From the IMG/VR virus record IMGVR_UViG_3300030116_004023: DNA of 64,000 nucleotides; one strand, 5' to 3'. The position numbers and the translations under genes were made by a program. Each line of letters starts with the position of its first letter. Position 1 is the stretch's first letter. The notes under the pieces are model-generated. The model did no database searches. It saw only the letters and a program-made list of their open reading frames with translations, and had not been told where the DNA came from. This DNA is from an uncultured virus (IMG/VR IMGVR_UViG_3300030116_004023) (taxonomy: Duplodnaviria; Heunggongvirae; Uroviricota; Caudoviricetes). Positions 1 to 11,728 of this stretch are shown here, in pieces.

Positions 1-100
1 AACGTCTTCCAATTCCTAAGTAGTACCCTAATACCCTTGAATGTCTGAACAGGTCTAAAATCGCATTCTAAGAGCATCTAGACCTATTCAATATAGCCAT

Positions 101-853
101 CTAGACTGTAGATAGATTATCTCTTACTAGATTTAATCTTTTGATCTTATATGATTCATGATTTTTTGGTTGTGTGCCATGTACCAATAAAGCAAAGCTA
201 TTATTTTGAGAAATTGCTAGACGTTCATCGACATCAATTTTTAATCCTAATTTTTCAGACTCATTTTCAGAATAAACCACTTTAGAGAATTGAAGATTAT
301 ATTTTTTGATTAGATGGTCTTGATTATTAGTCCCTAAACTAGCAATCAATTTGAAATTTTCAAGACTATCAATTTCATCAAGGTTATTAATCCAAAATGG
401 AATACTTGTAGTATAAGCATAGAAGATTATATCTTTATTATTCCTAGCTACTTTTAACCATGCTTGTAGGTAACGTTCATTGAAAAAATCTCCACTTGAA
501 TGTATCCTAACTATTTTACAGTTATGTTGCTTTAAACTACTATCAATTAAATCAGCCATTTTATCTACACTTTTATGGTGTTTTCTAAGAAGGTCAAAAT
601 TGTATTTATTGTTAGCTTTAAAATCAGGTCTATACTCTTCTAAACTGATTGCATAACACTTGTAAATTTTTTGGCAATCGTATGCATATGGACAAGTTGT
701 AACAGGTGGCAAATTGAAAATTTTTATATCTGATTTTTTAACATCTAACCAATTAGGAATTTTATCTAATTTTTGATTAGAATTTGAAAACTTTAAATAT
801 TCTCTATTTTCTGTATTCTCATCAACTAATTTTATGTACTTTGAATCTATCAT
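101..853 (-). CDS. Gene product 88 (GP88)-like protein, radical-SAM-like fold
   Basis: FNLP..TCP..C....CYA cysteine cluster, RIHSSGDF and FYAYT motifs typical of the phage GP88 family. Confidence 0.75.
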   Translation of the reverse strand: MIDSKYIKLVDENTENREYLKFSNSNQKLDKIPNWLDVKKSDIKIFNLPPVTTCPYAYDCQKIYKCYAISLEEYRPDFKANNKYNFDLLRKHHKSVDKMADLIDSSLKQHNCKIVRIHSSGDFFNERYLQAWLKVARNNKDIIFYAYTTSIPFWINNLDEIDSLENFKLIASLGTNNQDHLIKKYNLQFSKVVYSENESEKLGLKIDVDERLAISQNNSFALLVHGTQPKNHESYKIKRLNLVRDNLSTV

Positions 854-887
854 AATATCTCACTTTTAAATTGTATATTTTCAAGTG

Positions 888-916
888 ATTATATCAGCTA
901 ATAATTTATAATACAA
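888..916 (-). promoter_or_regulatory. Host sigma70-type promoter for the gp88-like gene
   Basis: Minus strand TTGTAT-N17-TATAAT with TGn extension, 35 nt upstream of ATG at 853. Confidence 0.75.
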
Positions 917-1560
917 GTTACGTTAAACTAACTAGGATTAAAGACTAATATTTTTATAGTCTGATCTAATGGAATGATTAAACAATTCTGATATCTGGAC
1001 TGAATCTTTTATTAATCCTAGCTTAGATAATCTAGATAATTCTTTAGTTATTGATTCCAAGTTTTTTAAGTCTTTTGTCTGAATGTTTATTTTATAAATC
1101 ATATTTCTTTAGTTTGATTCCTATTTTTTGAAAATTCTTACTTTGTAGATAGAAAATTTTTAATATAGTATCTAGTAGTTTGTAAACTCTTTTAGTTTGC
1201 TAAGGTATTATATTTTGTTTGTTTCCCTTGTGTTTGTTTCCTTATGTTTCCTTATAATATAAGTTTGTTTTATAATTTTGTCTGATATGTTTTCTAAGTC
1301 TTCTAATAATGTTTCTTCGTTCCTAGTTTTTTCTGCCATTGCGTTCCTCAGATTGCGTTCTAAGGTCATCATAATTTTTTCAAAGTGTTCATATACTGCT
1401 GTCATTCCTAATCATCCTATATTGTCAATCTGATAGTATTTTTTATTCCTAAACTCTTCTAGTATTTTCTCTTCCAACTCTTTAGGTGTGAAATTTGGAT
1501 TATCTCCAATAGTCTTTACTTTGATATTTTTTTGTTTCCTATTCTTAGCCACGATTATTC

Positions 1561-1845
1561 CTAATTCTTTACTTCTTCTAATCTCTCATAATGATAGTAA
1601 GATGCTGTCTTCCATTTATCTGCATAAGGTATGAAATTGAAATCATTAATTACTGCATTGTACTCATCAATTTTAGTGTCTCTTAGTTTAGGTGTATAAA
1701 CTGAATGATAAACTACATTTTTCTCAGCATATACAGTCAAACATTCTTGGCAATAATACTTAGTCTCAACTCCAATACTAGTTACGATTGTTTCACTATA
1801 TCCATCTACTATTTTTGATCTATTACAGTTATGACATTTTTTCAA
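1561..1845 (-). CDS. Hypothetical zinc-finger protein
   Basis: CHNC...CQEC pairs. Confidence 0.55.
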   Translation of the reverse strand: MKKCHNCNRSKIVDGYSETIVTSIGVETKYYCQECLTVYAEKNVVYHSVYTPKLRDTKIDEYNAVINDFNFIPYADKWKTASYYHYERLEEVKN

Positions 1846-2833
1846 TTTGTTCTCCTCTTATTACTGCATTCGAATTGTGTAATTTTTTCTCTTTTAGCCA
1901 AGTTTCATATTTCACACTTTGCCACTCATCCAAGTAAAACTCATCATCATCATTTTGTTTAAAATCATCTAGGAAATTTTCAACATTTTGATGGAATGTT
2001 TCATGGTCATTTATCTCCATACACTTGAAATAAATATCTGACCTTAATTGGTATGGATTTTCTAATCCTAATACCTTGTTACGTTGAATCTCAGATAAGA
2101 TAATTTGCTTTTGTTTTCTATTCAATTCTCTACTCATTAAAAAATCCTTTACTACTACTATTCATGGTAGCACAATACATATCAAAATCTCTAATCATAC
2201 TACCAATTTCAGAATCATAAACATCATATTTATCTCTTAGTTTACGAACATCACTTTGACCAAAATTTTCAGTCATCTTACCTTGCTGGATTTTAGTAAG
2301 TAATTTCTTATCAATTCTCTTTATATCTCTAATTAAATTTTTCATCATTTTATTTCCTAATCCTAGCTAGTTTTATCTTCATCTATAACTGATATGTATT
2401 TTTCTACTGCTTTATCTAATGAATCAAAGTATGAATAATCAATTTCATTCTCTAAGTCAAAATACTCTACTACAACTACATATTTACTACCATCATCATT
2501 GCAATATATCTTCACAATAGCATTATCATTATTCAGATATTTCTGAGACATTTTTTTATTAATTTTTGTATCCATTTTATCTCCAATCCTAGCTAGTTTT
2601 ATATTGCCAACTCTTCATCTTCTAAACATGGTTTACAATAATATTCGTAGCTAGTTTTATTTTCATGTTTGTATCTAGTTTCATTCTTACAACTGCCATC
2701 TTTTATCCATGAGCAAATATTTTTGAATCTACCAATCTCACTTGTATTTTTAATATTTTTTTTAATAGCATTACTATTAATTCTTCTCACGTTATCCTGA
2801 TAGACTTTATCTCTATAAGATAAAGTTTCTTTA

Positions 2834-3241
2834 TCAACTGTTTTTGGCATTATGTACAATCCTATAAGTCTTCTTATTACTTTTGATTAAATAAGTTGTT
2901 TTTATGTTAGCTATTCTATAGCCATTTTTTCTATCAACACCAACAATATTTTTATTCTTAGCATTAGTTAATCTTCTCTTCATATTGGCAACTTTAGTTG
3001 TTTCTGAGACATCTTCATTCTCTACAGGTTTTTTACTCTTCATGCTGAATGTTCTTAATCCTTTAGATGTTACATTCTCAATACCTACGAATGAATTTCT
3101 AAACTCTTTTAAAACAAGCCAATAAGCATACTCTTCACTTATGGGAATATGCTTATTTTCTAATGCTAATTCTAGACGTTTTTCTGAGACTAATTTTTCG
3201 ATCTCATCTTTAGTCAGTTTTTCATCATTTTTATTACTCAA
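2834..3241 (-). CDS. Hypothetical basic protein
   Basis: 135 aa ORF with AGGA RBS; no recognisable family. Confidence 0.55.
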   Translation of the reverse strand: MSNKNDEKLTKDEIEKLVSEKRLELALENKHIPISEEYAYWLVLKEFRNSFVGIENVTSKGLRTFSMKSKKPVENEDVSETTKVANMKRRLTNAKNKNIVGVDRKNGYRIANIKTTYLIKSNKKTYRIVHNAKNS

Positions 3242-3293
3242 ATTATCCTACTTTCTACTAATCTTTTGTATACTTTAAATCTTATCACAAATT

Positions 3294-3590
3294 CTATTTT
3301 TTATTCAGAAGTTTATCTCTATACTCTAAGTCATAATAATACTTAGGTTCATGTGGTTTACTATGGATTATGTTCTGACCTAAACTCTTCTCAACTTCTT
3401 TTAAGACTTCTTTAGGAATATCAACTTCTTGGAATCCACATTGTACACACTTTGGATTTTCATCATACAATTCTACCATGTTACCTGTTTTACACTTTTG
3501 ACATTTCATATTTAAATACCTTTCTTTGCTCTTATTTTGCGTTTTAAGAGCGATCTCTCGATCGCTCTTATAGTTTATACTATCCAACAA
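3294..3590 (-). CDS. Zinc-ribbon protein (true start probably the internal MKCQKC)
   Basis: CQKC...CVQCG; annotated N-terminus overlaps a hairpin and the upstream gene. Confidence 0.55.
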   Translation of the reverse strand: MLDSINYKSDREIALKTQNKSKERYLNMKCQKCKTGNMVELYDENPKCVQCGFQEVDIPKEVLKEVEKSLGQNIIHSKPHEPKYYYDLEYRDKLLNKK

Positions 3591-4635
3591 ATTCTAATGC
3601 CTTAGAAAATGCCCTAGCTTTATTTCTTGCTCTATCTCCTGATGGGATGAATGCGTTAGCTGATTCTCCACGCATTTTTCTAAAATCTTCAGTCTCTACA
3701 ATAGCATTGTAAATTGCCCATGATGTTCTAGCTAATTTTGGATGCTCTTCATTGAAGACATTGTATCTCTCCATAGCATTATCTCTAATAACTTGAGTAT
3801 TACTCTTCTTCTTCTCAATAATCGCAAAGTCTTCTAATTGTTTCTTAATCATTTTTGGTGTCAATTCTAGATTTTTTCTATTGTTGATTCTCTGACTAGG
3901 TTTAGTTTCTTGATAAGTATATTCAAGAATCTCAGTTACATCAGACTTCTTTAGTTTATTAGTAGCCATGCTATCCATAGCTTGTATTGTTTGTTCTTGC
4001 TTAGTAACTAATTGATTAAACATCTTAGAAAACTCTACTACTTCATCCCCAATACCTTTTCTATGACTTAAACCTAGTGAAACACTAGATGATTTTTCTG
4101 CTGAGACTAAAGCATTCTGACATACAACTCTGATAGGTGTAAAAGCCATCTGAAACTTACCTTGACCATCTCTAGAATCTACTATTAGCCAATATAACTC
4201 ATGATCTTCATTAGCTATTTTAGAATTTCCTAAATTCAAGGTCATGTATAATTTCTTACCATTACCATCAACACCAATAGTTTCAACAGGAAATTCTGTA
4301 GAAATTTTTTCGAAACTTTTAGCGACAACCTTTGGTTGTAAAATTTCATAATCTTTACCTACTGAATCAGATATTTTCCTGAATTTTTTATCCATTTTAG
4401 TTGGTTTTCTATAGATAGCATATTTATCTGTATCATCTATATCCCCATTTTCTAAATGTGCTTTAAGTGGTACTTTCTCAAGGTCAGCTAATAAGTCTAA
4501 TTCTTGAAGACCTTGTTTTACTGTTACCTTATCACTAGCTGAGAATGTTCTAATCGCTGAACGTGACCATGCTCTCTGTCTAGTTGCTAAGTTGTTGCCA
4601 AATAAATCTGTATTTTGTGAAGTCATTTTACTCAC
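3580..4635 (-). CDS. DUF932 (phage/plasmid-like, TIGR03299-type) protein
   Basis: DSRDG...AFTPIRVVCQNAL, VGKDYEILQ and TSWAIYNAIVE motifs characteristic of DUF932. Confidence 0.85.
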   Translation of the reverse strand: MSKMTSQNTDLFGNNLATRQRAWSRSAIRTFSASDKVTVKQGLQELDLLADLEKVPLKAHLENGDIDDTDKYAIYRKPTKMDKKFRKISDSVGKDYEILQPKVVAKSFEKISTEFPVETIGVDGNGKKLYMTLNLGNSKIANEDHELYWLIVDSRDGQGKFQMAFTPIRVVCQNALVSAEKSSSVSLGLSHRKGIGDEVVEFSKMFNQLVTKQEQTIQAMDSMATNKLKKSDVTEILEYTYQETKPSQRINNRKNLELTPKMIKKQLEDFAIIEKKKSNTQVIRDNAMERYNVFNEEHPKLARTSWAIYNAIVETEDFRKMRGESANAFIPSGDRARNKARAFSKALEFVG

Positions 4636-4681
4636 TCTTTCATACTTGTTTTCTACTAAAAAATAATAGTAGTTACTATTG

Positions 4682-4710
4682 ATAATACATGAATAAAAAA
4701 ACTATGTCAA
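4682..4710 (-). promoter_or_regulatory. Host sigma70-type promoter for the DUF932 operon
   Basis: TTGACA-N17-TATTAT on the minus strand; a repeat copy lies just upstream of the -35. Confidence 0.8.
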
Positions 4711-4771
4711 ACGTAGCTAGTTTTAACTAGCCAATATTAGCTAGGAATAATACTAGCTAGGATTAAACAAA

Positions 4772-4813
4772 AATACCTACTATTACAAAATATGAAAAAT
4801 AATAGTAGGTATT
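4772..4813 (-). terminator. Probable intrinsic terminator
   Basis: 14-bp perfect inverted repeat AATACCTACTATTA/TAATAGTAGGTATT followed by a T-rich run on the minus strand, just upstream of a promoter. Confidence 0.6.
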
Positions 4814-4941
4814 CTTATGGAAGCATTATGGTGTACTGACTTCCTGTTACTAATCGTTTCCATCAGTCTCTTACCTTGTCTTATAGAATGTTTATAATCC
4901 CATTCCACAGGAATTTAGACCATTCCTATTCCTAGTTTGTT

Positions 4942-5070
4942 TTATATTCTTGCCACTCTCCTATTCAGAAAGAATCTTGCACCACACTCACAGTATTCGA
5001 ATACATCATCATTTTCTTTCCTGTAAAGGTCTCTGCATATGTGTATTAGGTCATTCCTATTCCTAGTCAC
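4942..5070 (-). CDS. Small 42 aa putative metal-binding protein (not in ORF track)
   Basis: GTG start, translation MTRNRNDLIHICRD...YCECGARFFLNRRVARI; ends at a repeat copy. Confidence 0.45.
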   Translation of the reverse strand: MTRNRNDLIHICRDLYRKENDDVFEYCECGARFFLNRRVARI

Positions 5071-6614
5071 GATTGTTTCTTCCTATTCCTAATAATAGCT
5101 AGTTTTCTCTTCCTACGTCTTCTGTTCATTCTATGTGCCATCTTTATTCCTATTCGTATGAGTATTCTTTTAGTGTTTCTAACCAATCTAGATAGATTTC
5201 TTCTTCTGCATTCTCTCTAAAATACTGAATAAAGCATGACAATATTTCTTCCCTATCTTCTTCCTGTCTTAGTATGTCTACTAACTCTTGAAAGTGTGTC
5301 TTAAAACTATGACTAAAAGATAGATTCAAACAGCTATCATTCAAGATTCCTAAATCTAGCTTTCTTCCAAATAATTCATCTTCTTTTACTTGTACTAATG
5401 TCTTACTTGTCATGCTAATTTCCCTTTCCTGATCACATGGTTAGCTAGTCTACCATGCTTGTTCAAGTGTGATAAAACAACTGTACGTGCATCATACTTG
5501 TTTCCAATTTGTTTCATTGCTTTCTTGAAAGTCATCTCTTCAAAACTGTCTATGACTTTATTGTTCTTATCTAATACTTCAAATTTTTTCATTCTCTATC
5601 TCCTCTACTATGTCTGTTATTAATTCTCTATAAGCCATCTCTAGTGTAGGATTTTCGTCAGAATAAGCATCCAAATTGTATTCATGTATTTCTTTTACTC
5701 TGTCTACAAAGTCTGCTAGAGAACCTATCCCCTTATTTTCTAAGTATTCTGTCAATTTATCCATATTCATTGTGTATTCCTAATCGTAGCTAGTTTTAAC
5801 TGTCTGTAAGAACCTTAGAACCACGTCTTTCAAATGGTGTCCACACACTTGATGGATGCTTACCATCAATAGCAGATTTCTCGAATGCATCAAGTTGATA
5901 GACTGATAAATCTAACTTAACCACTTCTCTCAGTAGGTCTTCTCCTGACATATGTCTTATTTTTTCAATTACTGCGTCAGCTACAAAAGTCTCTTTCTCA
6001 TCTAGAAAGCCACCTTTGAATGCACCATAAACATAATGAAAGATAAAGTTTCTTATATCTGCCACATTAAGTCTTGAACTCGCTAATTTTGTTTCTATAT
6101 CTAATCTAATACTATTATCAAGCATCTTCATACTCCTTATTAATTGTTTCTTTATATTCTAAGTCTATCATAGCATCACTTTTTTTGTCGAAAGGTGTGA
6201 TACCCTCGAACCTAAACATTCTGTCTAAGCTATCGTACTCTGCACCTGTTAAAGCATCTGAAGTAGTCTTGAATAGTTGTGCTACTCTGTCAATCTCCGA
6301 AGCAACTAGTGTATCTATCTTATCTTCTCTGGTCATTTTTTTCTCCTTATCAATCCTTTATCATTAAAATAAAAGTTGGCATGAAAGTGTAGTTGCATAC
6401 TAGCTAGTTTCTTATCGTGGTTAGGATTATCGTAGTATGGATTATTGATCATTCTATATTCTCTGTTACTCTTTCCCATTTCTGTTTCGTAGCTAGTTTT
6501 TTCAAGCTAGGTAAACAAGCCATGTATGTTTCTTCATCATGAAACTTAGCTACTTCTTCTGAAGCATAACCTCTTTCAAAATATACATTAATCATTCTCT
6601 ATTCCTAGTTAGTT

Positions 6615-6905
6615 TTAATCTCTCCAAACAGTCTTCATGAAGTGATTATCATTTTTATACTCTTTCACTTCTTTCTCAATTTCTTCGTGTTCTCCACATA
6701 TACAATCCCAATCTAATTGTTCTTCATCAACAATTATAGGATAGTTTCCACCACATCTACTGTTATTAATACACTCGGCATAGTACCCAACTGAATGGAA
6801 ATCAAGCACTTCATTGCATTTTGGACAAGCTAACCCATCAAAAGCAGACTCGTACCCAATGTAATCACACTCAGCACAGTATCTTTTTATTTGAAAGGTA
6901 CTCAT
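6615..6905 (-). CDS. Cys-rich double zinc-ribbon protein
   Basis: CAEC..CPKC and C....RCG..CICG motifs. Confidence 0.6.
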   Translation of the reverse strand: MSTFQIKRYCAECDYIGYESAFDGLACPKCNEVLDFHSVGYYAECINNSRCGGNYPIIVDEEQLDWDCICGEHEEIEKEVKEYKNDNHFMKTVWRD

Positions 6906-7402
6906 TCTAAATTCTCCAATCTTCCATATAAAGTTATCCCATAATCGTAACCTTGTTTGTAGTAAAAGTCATGTTTATTATCATCTCTCGTGCCATGTAG
7001 TAATCCATCAGCAACTCCATGTTTGAACATCTCTATATAATTTTTACTCATTCAATTTTCTCCTCGCCACAATACGTACATACTATAACATCACAAACTA
7101 GATTATTTTCTTTACAAGCATAACAATCTAAGTATCTGAAATCTCTACATACGTGTAAATCTTTTACTGTCATAATTTATTAATCCTAGTTAGTTTTAAA
7201 GTAATCCAAGACTGTTTCAAAATCGAACCATCTTGATTTATCTTCGTTGAAAAATACTATTTCATCATCTTGCAGACCTATTGAATCTAAGGTCTCTAAT
7301 TCAAAATCCCCATCCATGTAGTCTGCTTTAAATGGCATCTTGCATCCTAAGTAACTTGTTAGTACATCTGAGATTAGGTTTATTAGTGTTTGGTTTTTTA
7401 TA

Positions 7403-7972
7403 TTAAATGTCATTCTTTACCATTTCTTCATTATAATATTTTTTATATACCTCGTACTTAGCAAGATTGTCATAAGCTGTTAGATCAGGTGTAGGTATCC
7501 AATCCTTATTAGGATAAAACACTCTTTCCAAAAGATATAGACATCTCCTTGTCCAACTAATACTTTCTACACTCCCCACAACAATTTCTAGTGTGGACTC
7601 TGCACCATAGTTAACTTCGTCATCAAGACGTTTAAGCAGTACAGGATAACTACAGTCTATACAATTCTCTCTTTCTTCTAATAAGCCATCAGGTTTACTT
7701 TTCCAATCCCAATCATCAGGTTCTGAAATGTGGTCAGCACAATCAAATGGGTCGAAGTAATGTGGTTTCATAGTGTTGTCAGTATTGTATGCTTCTTTTA
7801 GTAGCATCTCCTCAAACTTTTGTTCATCTGCTTCATAATCTGTTAGAGACTTATCAACAAGACAATAGGACTCTGCAAAAAAATTCCCATCTGCTCTACT
7901 CTCCTCGCCACTTTCATCTTCCCACTCATCATTTGTATAAACTGTTTGTAGCTTAAATTTTACTAATAACAT
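7403..7972 (-). CDS. Acidic hypothetical protein
   Basis: 189 aa, Asp/Glu-rich, AGGAG RBS embedded in a repeat copy. Confidence 0.6.
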   Translation of the reverse strand: MLLVKFKLQTVYTNDEWEDESGEESRADGNFFAESYCLVDKSLTDYEADEQKFEEMLLKEAYNTDNTMKPHYFDPFDCADHISEPDDWDWKSKPDGLLEERENCIDCSYPVLLKRLDDEVNYGAESTLEIVVGSVESISWTRRCLYLLERVFYPNKDWIPTPDLTAYDNLAKYEVYKKYYNEEMVKNDI

Positions 7973-9065
7973 TTTGTTCTCCTAATCCTAGCTAGTTTTA
8001 ATTTCTTCTACCCATATGCTTTCATCATCTAGGTCTACGTCCTTTTCAGATAGGAATGTAATCGCATCTTGCTCTGTCTCAAACTCTAATGTCTTATCAT
8101 TGTCATCTTTAGCATATTGAATACCATTCAGACCTATCACTCCACCCACGTTATCTGTTGCAACTACCCACTTGCTCATCGTGTTTTATCCTTATCTCTG
8201 AATAGAAAGTTTTCTAAACCCTTTATTCTGTCTGTCAATTCAATTTTATCGCCTATCAGTTTAGCTATTATATTATCCAAAGTATCCATTCGTTTTCTAT
8301 CAGACTCCATTTTTTTATCTATTGCTAAGAACCACTCTGCTATATGATTATTGTTCTTCATTAAGACTTTCATATCTTCTTTTATTTGTAACATTTTCTC
8401 GCCATCATCAGCAGTTGGTTTAAAATGTGCTTCATGTTCTTGTAACTTTTTATCCACGTACTTCACTTTCTGTTTGCTCTTTCTTTTAGAATACCACAAT
8501 TATTTTTCAATGTCTTTTTTTCTACTGTTCTTTAGTTTAGAGACATTCGCTAAACCTTTAGTTATAACTGAGTCTCTATGATCTCTGAAATTAGACAGTT
8601 TACTTGCTCTTTGTTTTAGATGTTCTAGGTTATCGTAGCTAGTATTAAGGTGTGACTTAGTGATCTTAATCAACATTCTTTTTCTGTGACTTACTAACTC
8701 CCAATATCCCCACACCTTTTTCTTATTCATCCACCACTCCGATTTTATATCCTATTGGATAAGATGTTTTTGTACCATCTTTAGCATAGAAAGTTATTTC
8801 TTTCTCAGTTGGTACTTCAAAGTCTAATGCTAACTTTGATACAGAAACTTTAGCTAGGAAATATTTAGTCAGGTTATCTCTATTGTTTTCAATAAAACTT
8901 GTTTTGATTTCTTTCTTGAAATACTTCTCGAACCAATACTTCAATCTATTGGCATCTAAGAACCATATCTTCTTAGCTAATCTGTTCTCTAAAGAACCTT
9001 TTTCATATCTATCATCTATCCATTGTATCATTGTATTTCTCCTGTATTCTAATCCTAGTTTGTTT

Positions 9066-9266
9066 TTATTCTGACCCTACCAAAATAACTTCTCCATCTA
9101 ATTCGTAGCCACTACTACCTTGATGGTGTACTTCAACACGTCTTAGCCAAATGTTTTCTTCATCGGAATAAAACTGCCAAGAATGTTTTGATGTATTTTC
9201 TATTCTAACATCAAGTGTCTTATCTTCTATCTGTTGCAATTCTTTTATTAATTCTTCTACTGTCAT
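9066..9266 (-). CDS. Small phage protein (MTVEEL family)
   Basis: MTVEELIKELQ...DVRI...VILVG; resembles both halves of 9527..10072. Confidence 0.6.
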   Translation of the reverse strand: MTVEELIKELQQIEDKTLDVRIENTSKHSWQFYSDEENIWLRRVEVHHQGSSGYELDGEVILVGSE

Positions 9267-9526
9267 CTCTATCTCCTATGCAATTCTGTGATATCTACCA
9301 TTTATTATCTCGTAGTTATCTACCACATCTTCGCCTAATAAAGTTGCGTTTTCATAATCTTCATCTTCAATAATTAACTGCCCTGTTACTGTTCTGCCAC
9401 CATCTACCATTAAAATCTCTCGTGCTTTATCTTCTGATGAAGCAGTAATTAGATAAGTGTATTGGCATGGTACTGCAAACATATATTCTTTTATTGGCAT
9501 TTTTTCTCCTCTAATCCTAGTTAGTT

Positions 9527-10072
9527 TTATTTTACCGAATCTTCTTTTTCTAAAAGGTTTATTAGTGTATCTTTAGTTAGCCACGAGTATGGTATATACA
9601 TCTTAGCTTGTTTATCAAATAATGCATTAGCTTTCTCATTCGCCACCCAACCATAGATAACTACGTTGTCATCATTTAATTCAACTGTCGGAATAGTAAA
9701 AGCATCACATATCCCATAGTACCTATCATTAGATACTCCATCAAATTCTAGTTTGACGTTACTTGCTTTAGGATAATCGTAGGAATGTTCACGTAAAAAA
9801 TCAACCAACTCCTCGACTGTCATGACTACACCTACTGACATAACTTCACTTGGGGTCTCATAAATATCAGCACTAACCTTACTTGGTGTACCACGTAAGA
9901 TAAATGTTTCTTGGGTATATTTCATATCAGTAACCCAATAATTTTTATCTTTTGCATTCTTATCAGCATCTTCAGTTGTATTATACTCTGAACGCAACTG
10001 AGTAGAAGCTACTCTAATTGGTAGGTTATAATCGTCTATTAATTCTAACTGCTCTAATAATTTGTTATGCAT
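9527..10072 (-). CDS. Tandem two-domain paralog of 9066..9266
   Basis: Internal MTVEELVDFL...VVIYG and N-terminal KLLEQLELI...IRVA...FILRG units. Confidence 0.55.
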   Translation of the reverse strand: MHNKLLEQLELIDDYNLPIRVASTQLRSEYNTTEDADKNAKDKNYWVTDMKYTQETFILRGTPSKVSADIYETPSEVMSVGVVMTVEELVDFLREHSYDYPKASNVKLEFDGVSNDRYYGICDAFTIPTVELNDDNVVIYGWVANEKANALFDKQAKMYIPYSWLTKDTLINLLEKEDSVK

Positions 10073-10549
10073 CTTTAATTTCCTGTTCTATCCAATATGC
10101 AAGTGTATCATAAGTCAATCCATTTTCAGCATTATGGTATTTCTGCATCATTCGTAATATGTTTTTAGCTTGGTCATCAGATAACTTTACATCAGGATGA
10201 TTCATTTTAGCCATTTCAAAGACATCATATATTGTCCAAACGTCACAAATATACTCGTCATCTTTATATCCCTCATGTGTTTTTCTTTTAGCACAATTCA
10301 TATCTTACTCCTCTAATCCTAGTTAGTTTTAGTATCTTCTTCATCCCACTCATCTAATTTTTCTAGTAGTGATTCTGCTAATTCTGTACGACCTACGTAA
10401 ATTTGTTCACTACCATCTGCCATCTCTACTTCGCCACTTACTATAGGTTTTTCATCTTCTATTATTTCATTCAAAAAATCTCTGATCTTTTGATTGCCAC
10501 CTTTGTTGAAATAGTTTATTGAATTATCTTCTTTACTCATCTCTATCTC

Positions 10550-11026
10550 CTATTCTGCTTCTTCTAATTTAGAAAACCACTCAAGGTCATTCTTTACAGG
10601 TTCTCCTTTTTTTATACATTCTAAGTTTTCATCTAACTCTTTTACAAGTTGTTTTGCTACTGCACTACCTAAATTCTCAAACTTTCCAATATACAAATAA
10701 CTTTCTGCCCACCAATCAATATACTCATACACAATATCTTCTTTGTCATTGTCATTGTATATTGATGCAGGACAACTAGGTTCATCTTTGTCTCTAAACT
10801 CTGCCCCATATCCCATACCCCACCAATTACCATCATCACAAGCTACTGCTGAATCTCCTACGTAGACCATGTTTGCACCACACTCATCACATAACCACTC
10901 AAAAGGAACTTCGTAGTCATAAAACCCATCATCACGTGTAAGTTTTCTGTTGCCAAGCCATACTGCTTGAGTACTTGGATTATCTTTCAATAACTGAACC
11001 ATACGTTGTGCTTCTTTTTTTATCAT
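10550..11026 (-). CDS. Hypothetical protein with CxxC
   Basis: WLCDECG motif, acidic. Confidence 0.55.
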   Translation of the reverse strand: MIKKEAQRMVQLLKDNPSTQAVWLGNRKLTRDDGFYDYEVPFEWLCDECGANMVYVGDSAVACDDGNWWGMGYGAEFRDKDEPSCPASIYNDNDKEDIVYEYIDWWAESYLYIGKFENLGSAVAKQLVKELDENLECIKKGEPVKNDLEWFSKLEEAE

Positions 11027-11583
11027 CTCTTTAGCACCTCTTCAAGTCTTTCAGAAATACTGTCTAAGTATCCCTCTAACTTCTTTGTATATTCTCTTAA
11101 TGTTTCAACTTCTTCAATCAATGCTTCTACGTTTTCTTTCATTGTCATTTCTTAATCCTCTACTTTCTGTACAAACCATTTTCTCGTACATCAGCTAGTG
11201 TATCTTCTAATTTATGTTTCTCAACCATCGCATCTATAAAATCATAAGCATCTTGAATTGATGGATTGAAGTGTTTTGACCTATACTCACTTGGGCAATC
11301 TTCATCTGCCTGTACACATACCTCGCCCATTTTTAGTAATGCTGTCGCAAAATCTTGTAATATAATTTGACTCATTTCTTAATCCTAACTAGTATTAGTT
11401 TATAATTCTTTTGGGAAAGGTAAATGAATAGTTATTGGGTCATCGAAACTTTCAAAGTTTACTTTCGCACCTTTTGGGTAATAACGTCTTGTTACTTCTT
11501 CAATGTCCTCAAGATAATTCTCTAGTTTTGTTTCTTCTTCTTCTAGTATGCCCATGTCTACTCCTAACTTTCCACTTAACTAA

Positions 11584-11613
11584 AGAATAACACGAAAGAA
11601 AAAATAATGTCAA
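11584..11613 (-). promoter_or_regulatory. Host sigma70-type promoter
   Basis: TTGACA-N18-TATTCT with TGn extension, AT-rich upstream tract; heads the 11.5-4.9 kb gene block. Confidence 0.7.
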
Positions 11614-11645
11614 ATTTTATTTCAAGGTACAAGTACACGTCATCC

Positions 11646-11693
11646 AAAAGAAAAAAGGTACTGACATACCACTAGAGGTAAGCGATGCACCTT
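11646..11693 (-). terminator. Possible terminator (branched hairpin plus U tract)
   Basis: AAGGTGC...GTACCTT stem enclosing a TACC/GGTA stem, followed by TTTTCTTTT. Confidence 0.5.
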
Positions 11694-11728
11694 ATTTTTG
11701 AACATAGAGCCAAGAATTGATGAAAATT

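Noticed and set aside
4830..4875. CTGATG...GAAAC resembling a hammerhead ribozyme core
   Set aside because: Core reads CUGAUGG rather than CUGANGA, and the three-stem junction cannot be built.
4915..5054. Two-codon minigenes ATG-GTC-TAA and ATG-ACC-TAA after AGGA
   Set aside because: One lies out of frame inside a plausible 42 aa ORF; both may be by-products of the TAGGAAT repeat variant.
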